Both the position numbers and the translations under genes were made by a program. The notes under the pieces are model-generated. The model was not told the DNA's origin. It made no database searches and saw nothing but the letters and a program-made list of their open reading frames with translations. A DNA stretch of 64,000 nt, taken from Blastocatellia bacterium (GTDB taxonomy: Bacteria; Acidobacteriota; Blastocatellia; UBA7656). Below are positions 40,728 through 52,246 of the stretch, in pieces. How positions within the stretch are numbered: the first letter of the stretch is position 1; every line of letters begins with the position of its first letter. Location of the stretch: the NCBI GenBank assembly GCA_963765495.1, contig CAVXWP010000007.1, positions 448,001-512,000 of the forward strand. The letters run 5' to 3'.

Positions 40728-41399
40728 ATGAGTTCTACACGATCATCAGGGCCAGATAGCTCGTTTGCGACGATCCGCCAGTTTGTACGGGCGCGCGCGC
40801 CGGTCGAACGGTGTGAATTATGCAGCGCGCAACTGGCCGCCGATCATCCGCACCTGATCGAGCCGACTGCCCGTAAATTGGTCTGCGCGTGTGACGCCTG
40901 CGCCATTTTATTCAGCGGGTCGGCGGAGACGAAATATAGACGCGTCCCCCGGCGGATACGCCTGCTGACCGATTTTCAATTGACCGATGCGCAGTGGGAA
41001 AGCCTGATGATACCGATCAACCTGGCGTTCTTCTTCAACAGCACGCCTGCCGGACACGTCGTCGCGCTGTATCCAAGCCCCGCCGGCCCTACGGAATCGC
41101 TGCTCGGCCTCGATGCGTGGGAAGAGATCGCGCAATCAAATCCCGTACTCAACGAAATGGAGCCGGATGTTGAAGCGTTACTGGTAAACCGCGTAGGCAG
41201 CGCGCGCGGTTACACGGGCGCTCAGTATTACATCGTCCCGGTTGATGAATGCTATAAGCTTGTGGGATTGATTCGGGCGCACTGGCGGGGGTTGTCGGGG
41301 GGCGCAAAGGTTTGGGAAGAGATCGCTGTGTTCTTTAACAGACTGAAGGAACGGTCAATCCCGGTCGGAGAGAAAACGAATGCCAGACCTGAGCTTTGA
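40728..41399 (+). CDS. hhy-cluster accessory protein (DUF5947-like, Cys-rich)
   Basis: ERCELC..H.H, CACDAC, IPINLAFF, YPSPAGPTES, DECYKLVG. Confidence 0.8.
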   Translation: MSSTRSSGPDSSFATIRQFVRARAPVERCELCSAQLAADHPHLIEPTARKLVCACDACAILFSGSAETKYRRVPRRIRLLTDFQLTDAQWESLMIPINLAFFFNSTPAGHVVALYPSPAGPTESLLGLDAWEEIAQSNPVLNEMEPDVEALLVNRVGSARGYTGAQYYIVPVDECYKLVGLIRAHWRGLSGGAKVWEEIAVFFNRLKERSIPVGEKTNARPEL

Positions 41400-42057
41400 G
41401 GTGGAAACGGCCGAAGCGGTCCCCTTCGCCGTCACGCCGCTTCTGGCGTTCAAACTGCGCGTCAGCAATCGCTATCGGGATGAGCCGATTCACACGATTG
41501 CCTTGCGGTGCCAGATCATGATTGATCCGGCTCGCCGTCGCTACCAGGATGAAGATCAAGAGCGATTGCGTGATCTCTTTGGTGAATCGGAGCGGTGGGG
41601 CCAGACCCTGCGCCCGATGCTCTGGACCAATACCAGTATCATAGTTCCCTCATTCACCGGCAGTGATGTGGTTGATCTTCAGGTGCCCTGTACATTCGAT
41701 TTCAATGTCGCGGCGACGAAGTATTTTGCGGGGCTTGAAGATGGCGAGGTGCCGCTCAATCTGTTGTTCAGCGGTACTGTTTTTTATGCAAGCGGCGAGG
41801 GCCCGCTGCGGGTAGCGCAAATTCCATGGGACAAAGAGGCGCGCTACCGCCTGCCTGTGCAGGTGTGGAAGCAGATGATGGATATCTATTACCCCAACAA
41901 TGCCTGGCTCTGTTTGCGCAAAGATGTATTCGACCGGCTCTATCGCTACAAGGTGCAAAAGGGCATTCCGACATGGGAGCAAGCCCTTGAAAGCATTCTT
42001 CCTGACGAGGAGAAGCCCGGCGCTGAGAAGCCCGGCACTGAGGAGATAGTAAACTGA
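41380..42057 (+). CDS. hhy-cluster accessory protein (DUF6084-like)
   Basis: LRCQIMIDP.RRRY, LFGESERWG, PCTFDF, LLFSGTVF, IPWDKE. Confidence 0.78.
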   Translation: MPDLSFEVETAEAVPFAVTPLLAFKLRVSNRYRDEPIHTIALRCQIMIDPARRRYQDEDQERLRDLFGESERWGQTLRPMLWTNTSIIVPSFTGSDVVDLQVPCTFDFNVAATKYFAGLEDGEVPLNLLFSGTVFYASGEGPLRVAQIPWDKEARYRLPVQVWKQMMDIYYPNNAWLCLRKDVFDRLYRYKVQKGIPTWEQALESILPDEEKPGAEKPGTEEIVN

Positions 42058-43121
42058 TGAACCTCAGACTGGTAGAAAGACTCGTAAACGCCGTGCTCTA
42101 CGAAGGGTACATCCTCTACCCCTATCGGCCATCGGCGGTAAAGAATCAGCGGCGCTTCAGCTTCGGCGCGGTCTGCCCGGAAAGCTATAGCCGCGCAAAT
42201 CACGGCACAGAAGCCTGTAGCATGCAGACAGAGTGTCTGGTGATTGGCGGGCCGCAAACGACGATAGATGTGCACGCGCGATGCCTGCATCTGCTGGCGC
42301 GCGAAGTGGGAGAGGTGGCACCTCCGATAGTCGAGCTAAGCGAAGGCGACGAACCGGAGTATCGCAGGGTCGAGATGCTTGAAATCGGAGACCAGATCTT
42401 TCAAACCTGGGAGGAAGCGGTCGAGCGCGATGTGAGCGTCCCGGGTCTCAGCCTGAATGATCTTGCGGGAAAGCCCCGGCGGCTTGAGTTTGCTTTTTCG
42501 CCAGCGCGCGAGGTGGAACTCTTGCGCGATTCGAGCGACAGGATAGTCGGCGTGATCGTTCGCAAGCAGGAAGCCATCGAAGGGACTCTCGAAATCGCAG
42601 CCGAGTCGATAGGCGATAACCTGTTCAAGGTCTCTGTGCGAATACTGAACCGCACGGGCTTTGACGACGCGGAATCGAAGAACCGCGATGAAGCGTTGAT
42701 GCAATCGCTTGTCTCGACACACACGATCCTCGGCGTTCACGCGGGCGAGTTTGTTTCATTGCTCGACCCGCCCCCGGCTTTGCGCGAGCAGGCGGCGGGT
42801 TGTCAAAACACAGGCACGTGGCCGGTTCTGGTCGGCGAAGAAGGGGAGCGCGATTTGATGCTTTCATCTCCGATCATTCTTTATGACTATCCGCAGATCG
42901 CGCCGGAGAGCCCCGGCGATCTCTTCGATGGAACAGAGATAGACGAGATTCTCACGCTGCGCATCATGACGCTTACGGAAGAGGAAAAGCGCGCCATGCG
43001 CGGCGTGGACGAGCGCGCCCGGCTTATATTGGAACGAACCGAATCGCTTCCAGCCGAGCAACTGATGAAGATGCACGGCGCGATGCGCAGCCTTCGCCCC
43101 ACGCAAGAGGATGAGCGATGA
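42057..43121 (+). CDS. conserved hhy-cluster hypothetical protein
   Basis: AVLYEGYILYPYR, FVSLLDPP, SSPIILYDYPQIAPES, EIDEILTLR; translationally coupled. Confidence 0.8.
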   Translation: MNLRLVERLVNAVLYEGYILYPYRPSAVKNQRRFSFGAVCPESYSRANHGTEACSMQTECLVIGGPQTTIDVHARCLHLLAREVGEVAPPIVELSEGDEPEYRRVEMLEIGDQIFQTWEEAVERDVSVPGLSLNDLAGKPRRLEFAFSPAREVELLRDSSDRIVGVIVRKQEAIEGTLEIAAESIGDNLFKVSVRILNRTGFDDAESKNRDEALMQSLVSTHTILGVHAGEFVSLLDPPPALREQAAGCQNTGTWPVLVGEEGERDLMLSSPIILYDYPQIAPESPGDLFDGTEIDEILTLRIMTLTEEEKRAMRGVDERARLILERTESLPAEQLMKMHGAMRSLRPTQEDER

Positions 43122-43444
43122 ACGAATGGGAGTGGGAACTTCTCGAAGAGCGAACCCAGTTGGATCATGTCCATGTGCGCGGGATTGATCTCAAGCAGGG
43201 CGACCGCGTTCGGCTCTGCCCGCGAGCGGGCGGCGATATTTTGGACCTTGCGCTCGTGGGAAAGATTGCAACGATTGAATCCATCGAACAGGATTATGAA
43301 GACAAGGTCTATCTGGCAGTGATCCTGGATGACGACCCGGGTCGTGATCTGGGATTGCTCAGACAGCCGGGACATCGCTTCTTCTTTACGCCCGAAGAGG
43401 TCGAGCCGTTTTTGCCCGGCGAAGTCGAAGAGAAAAACTCATGA
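43118..43444 (+). CDS. conserved hhy-cluster hypothetical protein
   Basis: GDRVRL.P, DDDPGRDL, HRFFF.PEEVEP; ATGA overlaps at both ends. Confidence 0.75.
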   Translation: MNEWEWELLEERTQLDHVHVRGIDLKQGDRVRLCPRAGGDILDLALVGKIATIESIEQDYEDKVYLAVILDDDPGRDLGLLRQPGHRFFFTPEEVEPFLPGEVEEKNS

Positions 43445-43956
43445 CACAGCCACGCATCCTCATAGCCGGTATCGGCAATATCTTTCTCGGTGATGACGGC
43501 TTCGGCTCGGAAGTGGCGCGACAGTTAGCCGGTCGCGCGCAGCCGGATGAAGTGCGCGTGGTTGACTTTGGCATACGCGGCTTCGATCTTGCCTATGCGT
43601 TGCTTGACGGGTACGAAGTGACGATCTTTATCGATGCGACGGCGCGCGGCGGAGAACCGGGCACGCTTTACACCATTGAGCCTGACCTGAGCGAACTGAC
43701 GGAGATGGGTTCGCAAGAAGCTGCGGTCGAGCCGCACGGCATGGACCCGATGAAGGTGCTTCGGATGGTCAAGGCGATGGGCGGCGAGTTCAAGCGCATC
43801 CTGCTGGTCGCCTGCGAGCCCCTGACGCTTGGCCCGGAGGAGGGGCACATGGGGCTGAGCGAGCCTGTCGAAGCCTCGGTCGGCGAAGCGGTTCGCCTGA
43901 TCGAGTCGCTCATCTCGGAGATTCTTCGGGAAAAGAGTCTGGAAGCGACGAGTTGA
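43441..43956 (+). CDS. hydrogenase maturation endopeptidase
   Basis: IAGIGNIFLGDDGFG, DFGIRG, IFIDA, HGMDP. Confidence 0.93.
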   Translation: MTQPRILIAGIGNIFLGDDGFGSEVARQLAGRAQPDEVRVVDFGIRGFDLAYALLDGYEVTIFIDATARGGEPGTLYTIEPDLSELTEMGSQEAAVEPHGMDPMKVLRMVKAMGGEFKRILLVACEPLTLGPEEGHMGLSEPVEASVGEAVRLIESLISEILREKSLEATS

Positions 43957-44184
43957 ATCGTTATGAAAAGCTTTGCGTACTCTGCGCCTTTTGGAGAGCC
44001 TGTTTTTCGCACTCACGCTAAGAGCCCTGAGCAGGCTAAGAAGTTGCAGGAAACTGAATGGCCCTGATTAGAGGATGGTCTTTATAAACCTTTAGCTGGT
44101 TGATCGAGTCACTCATACGATATACTGTTAAAGCATAGGTTGGATGCTGTGAGTGATTCTCGAAAGACAGGAGATTATTACAGC

Positions 44185-44325
44185 ATGTACCTTTTTCATC
44201 ACAAAAAATCGTCAAATCACATCGTCTGGAAAATAGTCGGAGGAGCGACCCTCGCAGTCCTCGCCTACGGACTGGTAACGAACCTTCCAGACATCAAGCG
44301 TTACATCGAGATTACAACTATGTAA
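44185..44325 (+). CDS. small single-TM protein ending PDIKRYIEITTM (DUF6893-like)
   Basis: AGGAG upstream; TM IVGGATLAVLAYGLV. Confidence 0.65.
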   Translation: MYLFHHKKSSNHIVWKIVGGATLAVLAYGLVTNLPDIKRYIEITTM

Positions 44326-44514
44326 TACGGGCTGATCTGTAGCGGGGTTGATCCTCCGGCGTTCGGCTCGAATGAGGAAACGAGCAAGGGTTGGGCAGAC
44401 TAACGCAGGCAACTGCTGAACGGGCGTCTTGTCTCGTCGAGGCGTCCATCACGGAAATCTTAGAAGCATCCGCGATGCGGTTGCTGATCTAATGAAAATA
44501 GGAGAATACCCAAC

Positions 44515-44709
44515 ATGGATAATATCGAGTCCTACGACGGAAAGAGCGCAATGTATTTATTCGGAGGATTGGCCCTGGTCGTTCTCGGCACTGGCCTGAT
44601 CATCTCGCATCCATCCATTCAGAAGTATATGGGGCAGATGGGTCTCACCGATATGGTGCAGGCGGCTGTTCCTGATGTCGAACGATATTTGAAGCTCAGG
44701 TCGATGTGA
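44515..44709 (+). CDS. small single-TM protein ending PDVERYLKLRSM
   Basis: AGGAG RBS; TM LFGGLALVVLGTGLII; C-terminus shared with the previous ORF. Confidence 0.7.
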   Translation: MDNIESYDGKSAMYLFGGLALVVLGTGLIISHPSIQKYMGQMGLTDMVQAAVPDVERYLKLRSM

Positions 44710-44833
44710 TTGACGTTGACCTGAGCCGCTATGCCACTTCTTGCCGCAGCGAAAGGGCGTAACTGAGCATAAAGGCTCGCGCAGTCTACGCCCTCTGCCG
44801 GGCTGCGCTGGAAGGAATGACAGGTGAGACCGT

Positions 44834-45403
44834 ATGAGCGCTAGTGAAACCGGCGCAGTAATCTATCGTGTGGACCCCAGGCGAAGTCGTTTTATCGTTC
44901 GCACCTTCGCCACAGGCATGTTGTCGGCCTTTGGGCATAACCCTACGTTAGCCATCCGCGATTTTACGGGTGAGGTGCAGTTCTCGCCCGAGCATCCCGA
45001 AGATGCTTCATTGCGTTTGCAGATCAAAGCCGACTCGCTTGAAGTCACCGACGAAGTAAGCGACAAAGATCGCCGGGAGATCGAGCGGCAGACGCGCGAA
45101 GATGTGCTTGAAGCCGCTCGTTATCCCGAGATCGTTTTTGAGAGTACGAAGGTTTCTGCGGAAAAGGTTATGGGGAGTCAGTACCGCGCACGTATCACCG
45201 GAAAGTTGACATTGCGCGGCATCACGCGCGATTGCGTGATCGACTCGCAGGTGATCGCCGGAGAAGATACCTTGCGCGCCAACGGAGAATTTCCCCTGCG
45301 CCAGAGCGATTTCAATATCAAGCCGGTCAGCGCCGTCGGCGGTACGATCAAGCTCAAAGACGAATTGAAGTTCTCATTTGATATTGTCGCTTATCGGCAG
45401 TGA
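44834..45403 (+). CDS. YceI family protein
   Basis: L.AARYPEIVFES, GKLTLRGITR, LRQSDFNIKP. Confidence 0.85.
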   Translation: MSASETGAVIYRVDPRRSRFIVRTFATGMLSAFGHNPTLAIRDFTGEVQFSPEHPEDASLRLQIKADSLEVTDEVSDKDRREIERQTREDVLEAARYPEIVFESTKVSAEKVMGSQYRARITGKLTLRGITRDCVIDSQVIAGEDTLRANGEFPLRQSDFNIKPVSAVGGTIKLKDELKFSFDIVAYRQ

Positions 45404-45496
45404 TCGGTGGTCAGTGGTCAGTGATCACTGTCCGATGGCAATAATTAAAGATCAGCAATCAATAACTGACCACTGACTACAGACCACTGGCCACTG
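45398..45496. repeat. GTGGTCA/TGACCAC heptamer palindromic repeat
   Basis: cagtgatcggtggtcagtggtcagtgatc ... ctgaccactgactacagaccactggccactg. Confidence 0.75.
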
Positions 45497-45503
45497 TGAA
45501 AAT

Positions 45504-45848
45504 ATGCACGAGTTATCCATTGCTCTGAGTATCGTGTCGATGGCCGAGGAAGAGGCCAGAGAGCGAGGCGTTCAGGTCAATGCTGTTCACCTCAAACTCG
45601 GAACGCTTTCAGGCGTAGTCAAGGATGCGTTGCTCTTCTCTTATGAACTGGCCTGCGAAGGGACCGCGCTTGAGGGTTCGCAGTTGCTTATAGAGGAAGT
45701 CCCGACGGTGGTCTACTGCCCGGCCTGTCAGGCAGAGCGGAGGCTTGATTCCATTCAGCGATTCTGCTGCTCGGTTTGCGACAGCCCGACGCCTGATGTC
45801 GTGCAGGGGAGGGAGCTAGAAGTGGTTGCCCTGGAGATACAACAATGA
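45504..45848 (+). CDS. hypA: hydrogenase nickel incorporation protein
   Basis: MHELSIA, CPAC, CSVC, GREL. Confidence 0.95.
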   Translation: MHELSIALSIVSMAEEEARERGVQVNAVHLKLGTLSGVVKDALLFSYELACEGTALEGSQLLIEEVPTVVYCPACQAERRLDSIQRFCCSVCDSPTPDVVQGRELEVVALEIQQ

Positions 45849-46546
45849 GCACACCGCCGCGTCTGGTTGAAGTCAGACAAAAAGTTCTGAAGCAAAATGA
45901 TCTGCTCGCTCGCTCTCTGCGCGAGCGATTTCAGGAAGCCGGGGTTTATGTAATAAGTCTTGTATCAAGCCCCGGCTCGGGCAAGACCATGTTTCTTGAA
46001 AAGATGCTCGGTCGTCTTGGCGAACGCTATCGCGTAGCCGCGCTGGTCGGCGATCTGGCTACGGAAAATGATGCGGCGCGACTGGCGCGCAGCAAGGCTC
46101 CGGTCAGGCAAATCATCACCGGCACGGTCTGCCATCTTGAAGCCGCGATGGTCGAGCGCGCCCTGGAAGGATGGAGTCTCGAAGAGTTGGATTTACTCTT
46201 TATCGAAAACGTAGGCAATATGGTCTGCCCGTCGAGCTATGATCTGGGCGAAGATCTCCGGCTGGTTCTGATGTCGGTGACCGAAGGCGAAGACAAGCCG
46301 CTCAAGTACCCGACGATCTTCAATACGGCCGATGTCGCCGTGATTACCAAGATGGATTTAGCTCAGGCAGTCGAATTCGATTCGGTCGCTGCCAACAGCA
46401 ACATCCAACGGGTTCGGCCCGGCATGCAAATCTTTGAAGCCTCGGCAAAGACCGGCATCGGGTTTGACACGTTTCTGCAATTTATCGAGTCGCGCTTCAA
46501 GGAATCGAGCGGCGACGGTCTCGGCGAGCGAGCCGCTCATTACTAA
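45845..46546 (+). CDS. hypB: hydrogenase nickel incorporation GTPase
   Basis: SSPGSGKT, CHLEA, ENVGNMVCP, EGEDKPLKYP. Confidence 0.95.
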   Translation: MSTPPRLVEVRQKVLKQNDLLARSLRERFQEAGVYVISLVSSPGSGKTMFLEKMLGRLGERYRVAALVGDLATENDAARLARSKAPVRQIITGTVCHLEAAMVERALEGWSLEELDLLFIENVGNMVCPSSYDLGEDLRLVLMSVTEGEDKPLKYPTIFNTADVAVITKMDLAQAVEFDSVAANSNIQRVRPGMQIFEASAKTGIGFDTFLQFIESRFKESSGDGLGERAAHY

Positions 46547-46563
46547 AATTCACTGTTGAAATT

Positions 46564-48861
<2,298 letters not shown>

Positions 48862-49128
48862 ATGTGTCTTGCAATACCCGGAAAGATCGTCGAGATCGTA
48901 GACGCCGAAAATGACATCGCCAAAGTCGAGGTCGGCGGCGTGCGGCGCAACATCAACATCGGCATGCTCGATAAGGATGATGCGCGCATCGGCGATTACG
49001 TGTTGATACATGTCGGCTTTGCGATGAGCAAAATTGACGAGAAAGAAGCCGTAGAAACGCTCAGGCTTCTCGAAGAACTGGGATCGTATGAAATCGAGAT
49101 AGATCAGTTCAAGAGTTCGATTCAGTAG
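48862..49128 (+). CDS. hypC: hydrogenase maturation chaperone
   Basis: MCLAIPG, GDYVLIHVGFA. Confidence 0.96.
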   Translation: MCLAIPGKIVEIVDAENDIAKVEVGGVRRNINIGMLDKDDARIGDYVLIHVGFAMSKIDEKEAVETLRLLEELGSYEIEIDQFKSSIQ

Positions 49129-49137
49129 GGTGGCGTC

Positions 49138-49827
49138 ATGGCAAAAACTATAGACGATTTCTCTCGCTCGTTTTACCCCTTCCTGCACGATGACGATAAG
49201 AAGCCGCAGGACTTGCAGGAAGAGTTGCGCTTCTCGTTGCTTGAGAAAGCCCGCGAGAGCGTCGAAGTCAAACAACGTTTCTTTCAAGAGAACGCCGATG
49301 CCATTCTCGAAGCGTCACTGGCGATGGCAAAGAGCTTTCAGCGCGGCGGCAAGCTGCTGGTTTGCGGCAACGGCGGCTCGGCCACCGACGCGCAGCACAT
49401 CGCCGTAGAGTTTATGCATCCGATCACGGTAGGCCGCAAGGCGCTGCCTGCAATATGCTTGACCAATGATATGGCGATGGTCACGGCGGTCTCAAACGAC
49501 GTAGGATTTGCCGATGTCTTCTCGCGGCAGGTCATCGCGCTCGGGCGTGAAGGCGACATCCTGCTGGGGATTTCGACCAGCGGCAATTCCGACAACCTGA
49601 TGCACGCCTTCGAGACGGCGCGAAAAATGAAGCTCGTCACCATAGGTTATGCCGGTGGCGACGGTGGCAGGATGGTCGAGCTGCACGCAGCCAGGCGGCT
49701 TGATTTCTGCCTGACGGTTCCGACATCGAGCATCCACCGGATACAGGAAAGCCACGTGACGCTTTATCATACGATGTGGGACATGGTGCACACTTATTTA
49801 GAGCATCGCTCGCTTGTCGAGGGCTGA
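49138..49827 (+). CDS. SIS-domain protein (GmhA/phosphoheptose isomerase-like) within hyp operon
   Basis: CGNGGSATDAQH, STSGNS, RIQESH. Confidence 0.88.
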   Translation: MAKTIDDFSRSFYPFLHDDDKKPQDLQEELRFSLLEKARESVEVKQRFFQENADAILEASLAMAKSFQRGGKLLVCGNGGSATDAQHIAVEFMHPITVGRKALPAICLTNDMAMVTAVSNDVGFADVFSRQVIALGREGDILLGISTSGNSDNLMHAFETARKMKLVTIGYAGGDGGRMVELHAARRLDFCLTVPTSSIHRIQESHVTLYHTMWDMVHTYLEHRSLVEG

Positions 49828-49845
49828 GACGATGGAGGGACTCAA

Positions 49846-50973
49846 ATGAAATTTATAGACGAATACAGACAAAGCGACCTGGCTCGCCGTCTCGCCGATC
49901 AGATCGCGCAGCTGACCGACGAGCCGCTAAAGCTTATGGAAGTCTGCGGCGGCCATACGCACACGATCTTCAAGTACGGCATCGAAGACCTGCTGCCGCC
50001 CAACATCGAGATGATTCACGGGCCGGGATGCCCCGTCTGCGTCATCCCGCTTGGCCGAACCGATGACTCGATCTCGCTCGCCCTGCAACCAGACGTGATT
50101 TTTACCACCTTCGGCGATATGATGCGGGTCCCCGGCTCAAGCACTAACCTGTTTGACGCCAAGGCGGCGGGCGCTGACGTGCGCATGGTCTATTCGCCGC
50201 TCGATGCCTTGAAGATCGCAAAGAAGAATCCCGACCGTCAGGTGATCTTTCTGGCGCTCGGATTTGAGACCACCGCGCCTTCGACGGCGATGACCGTCCG
50301 GCAGGCGGCAAAAGAGCAGGTCGAAAACTTCAGCGTATTTTGCAACCACATCATGATAGTTCCGGCGTTGAAAGCTATGCTCGATTCGCCCGATCTGAAA
50401 CTGGACGGCTTTCTGGGGCCGGGCCACGTCAGCACGGTCATCGGCACGCGCTGTTACGAATTTGTCTCGACCGATTACGGCAAGCCGATAGTCGTGTCGG
50501 GCTTTGAGCCGCTCGACATTTTGCAATCGGCCTATATGATCGTAAAGCAGGTGGTCGAAGGCCGCGCCGAAGTCGAGAATCAGTATTCGCGTGTCGTTTT
50601 GCGCGATGGTAATATCAAGGCATTGGAAGTGATTTTTGATGTCTTCGAACCGCGCGATTATTTCGAATGGCGCGGCCTTGGCTCGATACCAAACAGCGGC
50701 ATGAAGTTGCAGAAGAAGTACGCCGCCTTTGACGCGGAATTGAAATTCGCGGTGCCGGGTCTGAAGATCGCCGACCCGAAAGCCTGCCAGTGCGGCGAGA
50801 TTTTGAAAGGCGTGAAGAAGCCCTGGGAGTGCAAGGTATTCGGGACCGCCTGCACGCCTGAGACGCCAATAGGTTCGTGCATGGTCTCTTCGGAAGGCGC
50901 GTGCGCGGCATATTACAACTTCGGGCGACTCTCGAAAGTCGCCGAACGTTCAGCCCTGAATGCGCGGCCCTGA
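49846..50973 (+). CDS. hypD: hydrogenase formation protein
   Basis: MEVCGGHT, GPGCPVC, GFETT, PGHVS, CMVSSEGACAA. Confidence 0.97.
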   Translation: MKFIDEYRQSDLARRLADQIAQLTDEPLKLMEVCGGHTHTIFKYGIEDLLPPNIEMIHGPGCPVCVIPLGRTDDSISLALQPDVIFTTFGDMMRVPGSSTNLFDAKAAGADVRMVYSPLDALKIAKKNPDRQVIFLALGFETTAPSTAMTVRQAAKEQVENFSVFCNHIMIVPALKAMLDSPDLKLDGFLGPGHVSTVIGTRCYEFVSTDYGKPIVVSGFEPLDILQSAYMIVKQVVEGRAEVENQYSRVVLRDGNIKALEVIFDVFEPRDYFEWRGLGSIPNSGMKLQKKYAAFDAELKFAVPGLKIADPKACQCGEILKGVKKPWECKVFGTACTPETPIGSCMVSSEGACAAYYNFGRLSKVAERSALNARP

Positions 50974-50997
50974 ACGCGCGGCCCTGAATGCGCGGCC
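50953..50997. repeat. 14-bp tandem repeat x3 across the hypD stop
   Basis: (gccctgaa[t/c]gcgcg) three times. Confidence 0.8.
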
Positions 50998-51019
50998 AAA
51001 CCGTGTCGCAGGAAAAGCT

Positions 51020-52156
51020 ATGACTGACGAATTCAATGCATCGCCGCTCTTTCAACGAGTCGAGCGGGCAAGGCGAAGAAAAGCGCGGATCAGAGAGACC
51101 AACATCACGCTTGCGCACGGCAGCGGCGGCAAGGCTATGCACGAACTGGTCGAGGGTCTGTTTCTGGAATACCTGAGAAACCCGCTGCTTGAGATGCTCG
51201 AAGACCAGGCGGTCTTTGAAGTGCCGCAAACGACGGGCGCGGCTGATTCTTCCGCCGATCAACGTCGGACGAGGCTGGCCTTTACTACCGATTCATTTGT
51301 GGTTGACCCGATCTTCTTTCCCGGAGGCGACATCGGCAAACTCGCCGTCAACGGTACGGTAAACGATCTGGCGATGAGCGGTGCGCGGCCTCTTTATCTC
51401 TCTGCCGGTTTTATTCTCGAAGAAGGTTTTGCCATCGAGGATTTAAAGCGCGTACTCCAGTCCATGCGCGAAGCAAGTGATGAAGCGGGCATACAGATCG
51501 TCACAGGCGACACAAAAGTCGTGCAGAAAGGCAGCGCCGACAAGCTGTTTATAAACACGGCAGGCATAGGCATTCTCGAATCGCCCGCAACGATTTCTGC
51601 GGCGCGCGCGCGCCCCGGCGACAAGGTGATTCTAAGCGGCACGATTGGCGACCACGGCACTACCATCCTGATTGCGCGCGGCGAGCTTGAACTAGAGACG
51701 GACATCGAAAGCGACTGCGCGCCGCTAAACGCCCTGGTGAGTGATATGCTCGATGAGGCCGCTCGCGCCGAACGTCTCGATGCGATCCACTGTCTGCGCG
51801 ACCCTACGCGCGGCGGCGTGGCCACTACGCTGAATGAAATCGCTCTTAGCTCGGAAGTCTGCGTGCAGATTTACGAAGACCGCATCCCGGTGCGCGAAGA
51901 GGTAAAGGGCGCGTGCGAGATACTGGGGCTTGATCCGCTCTACGTTGCAAACGAAGGCAAGTTAATCGCCATCGTCGCGGGCGATATTGCCGACGCGATT
52001 GTGGCGCGGATGCGGCAGAATCGTTACAGCCGCGACGCCTGCATCATCGGCGAAGTCAAGACCGAACCTAAAGGCATCGTCGCTATGGTCACGGGCTTTG
52101 GCGGCACGCGCATCGTAGACATGCTGGCGGGCGAGCAGTTGCCGAGAATCTGTTGA
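51020..52156 (+). CDS. hypE: hydrogenase maturation protein
   Basis: HGSGG, FTTDSFVV, GDTKVV, DPTRGG, ANEGK, terminal LPRIC. Confidence 0.97.
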   Translation: MTDEFNASPLFQRVERARRRKARIRETNITLAHGSGGKAMHELVEGLFLEYLRNPLLEMLEDQAVFEVPQTTGAADSSADQRRTRLAFTTDSFVVDPIFFPGGDIGKLAVNGTVNDLAMSGARPLYLSAGFILEEGFAIEDLKRVLQSMREASDEAGIQIVTGDTKVVQKGSADKLFINTAGIGILESPATISAARARPGDKVILSGTIGDHGTTILIARGELELETDIESDCAPLNALVSDMLDEAARAERLDAIHCLRDPTRGGVATTLNEIALSSEVCVQIYEDRIPVREEVKGACEILGLDPLYVANEGKLIAIVAGDIADAIVARMRQNRYSRDACIIGEVKTEPKGIVAMVTGFGGTRIVDMLAGEQLPRIC

Positions 52157-52180
52157 AGCGATAGCTTTTAAATCAAAGAC

Positions 52181-52240
52181 TCAGACAGGATTGACAGGAT
52201 TTCTGAAGTAGGATCAAGAAATCCTGTCAATCCTGTCTGA
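52181..52240. terminator. 24-bp perfect inverted repeat between convergent hypE and the UxxU gene (ACAGGATT family)
   Basis: tcagacaggattgacaggatttct ... agaaatcctgtcaatcctgtctga. Confidence 0.75.
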
Positions 52241-52246
52241 ATCTTT

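Noticed and set aside
49825-49848. SIS gene TGA in frame with hypD
   Set aside because: Strong GGAGG RBS and canonical MKFIDEYR start for hypD
50960-51019. N-terminal extension of HypE in the ORF track
   Set aside because: Produced by the 14-bp tandem repeat; ATG at 51020 is the more plausible start
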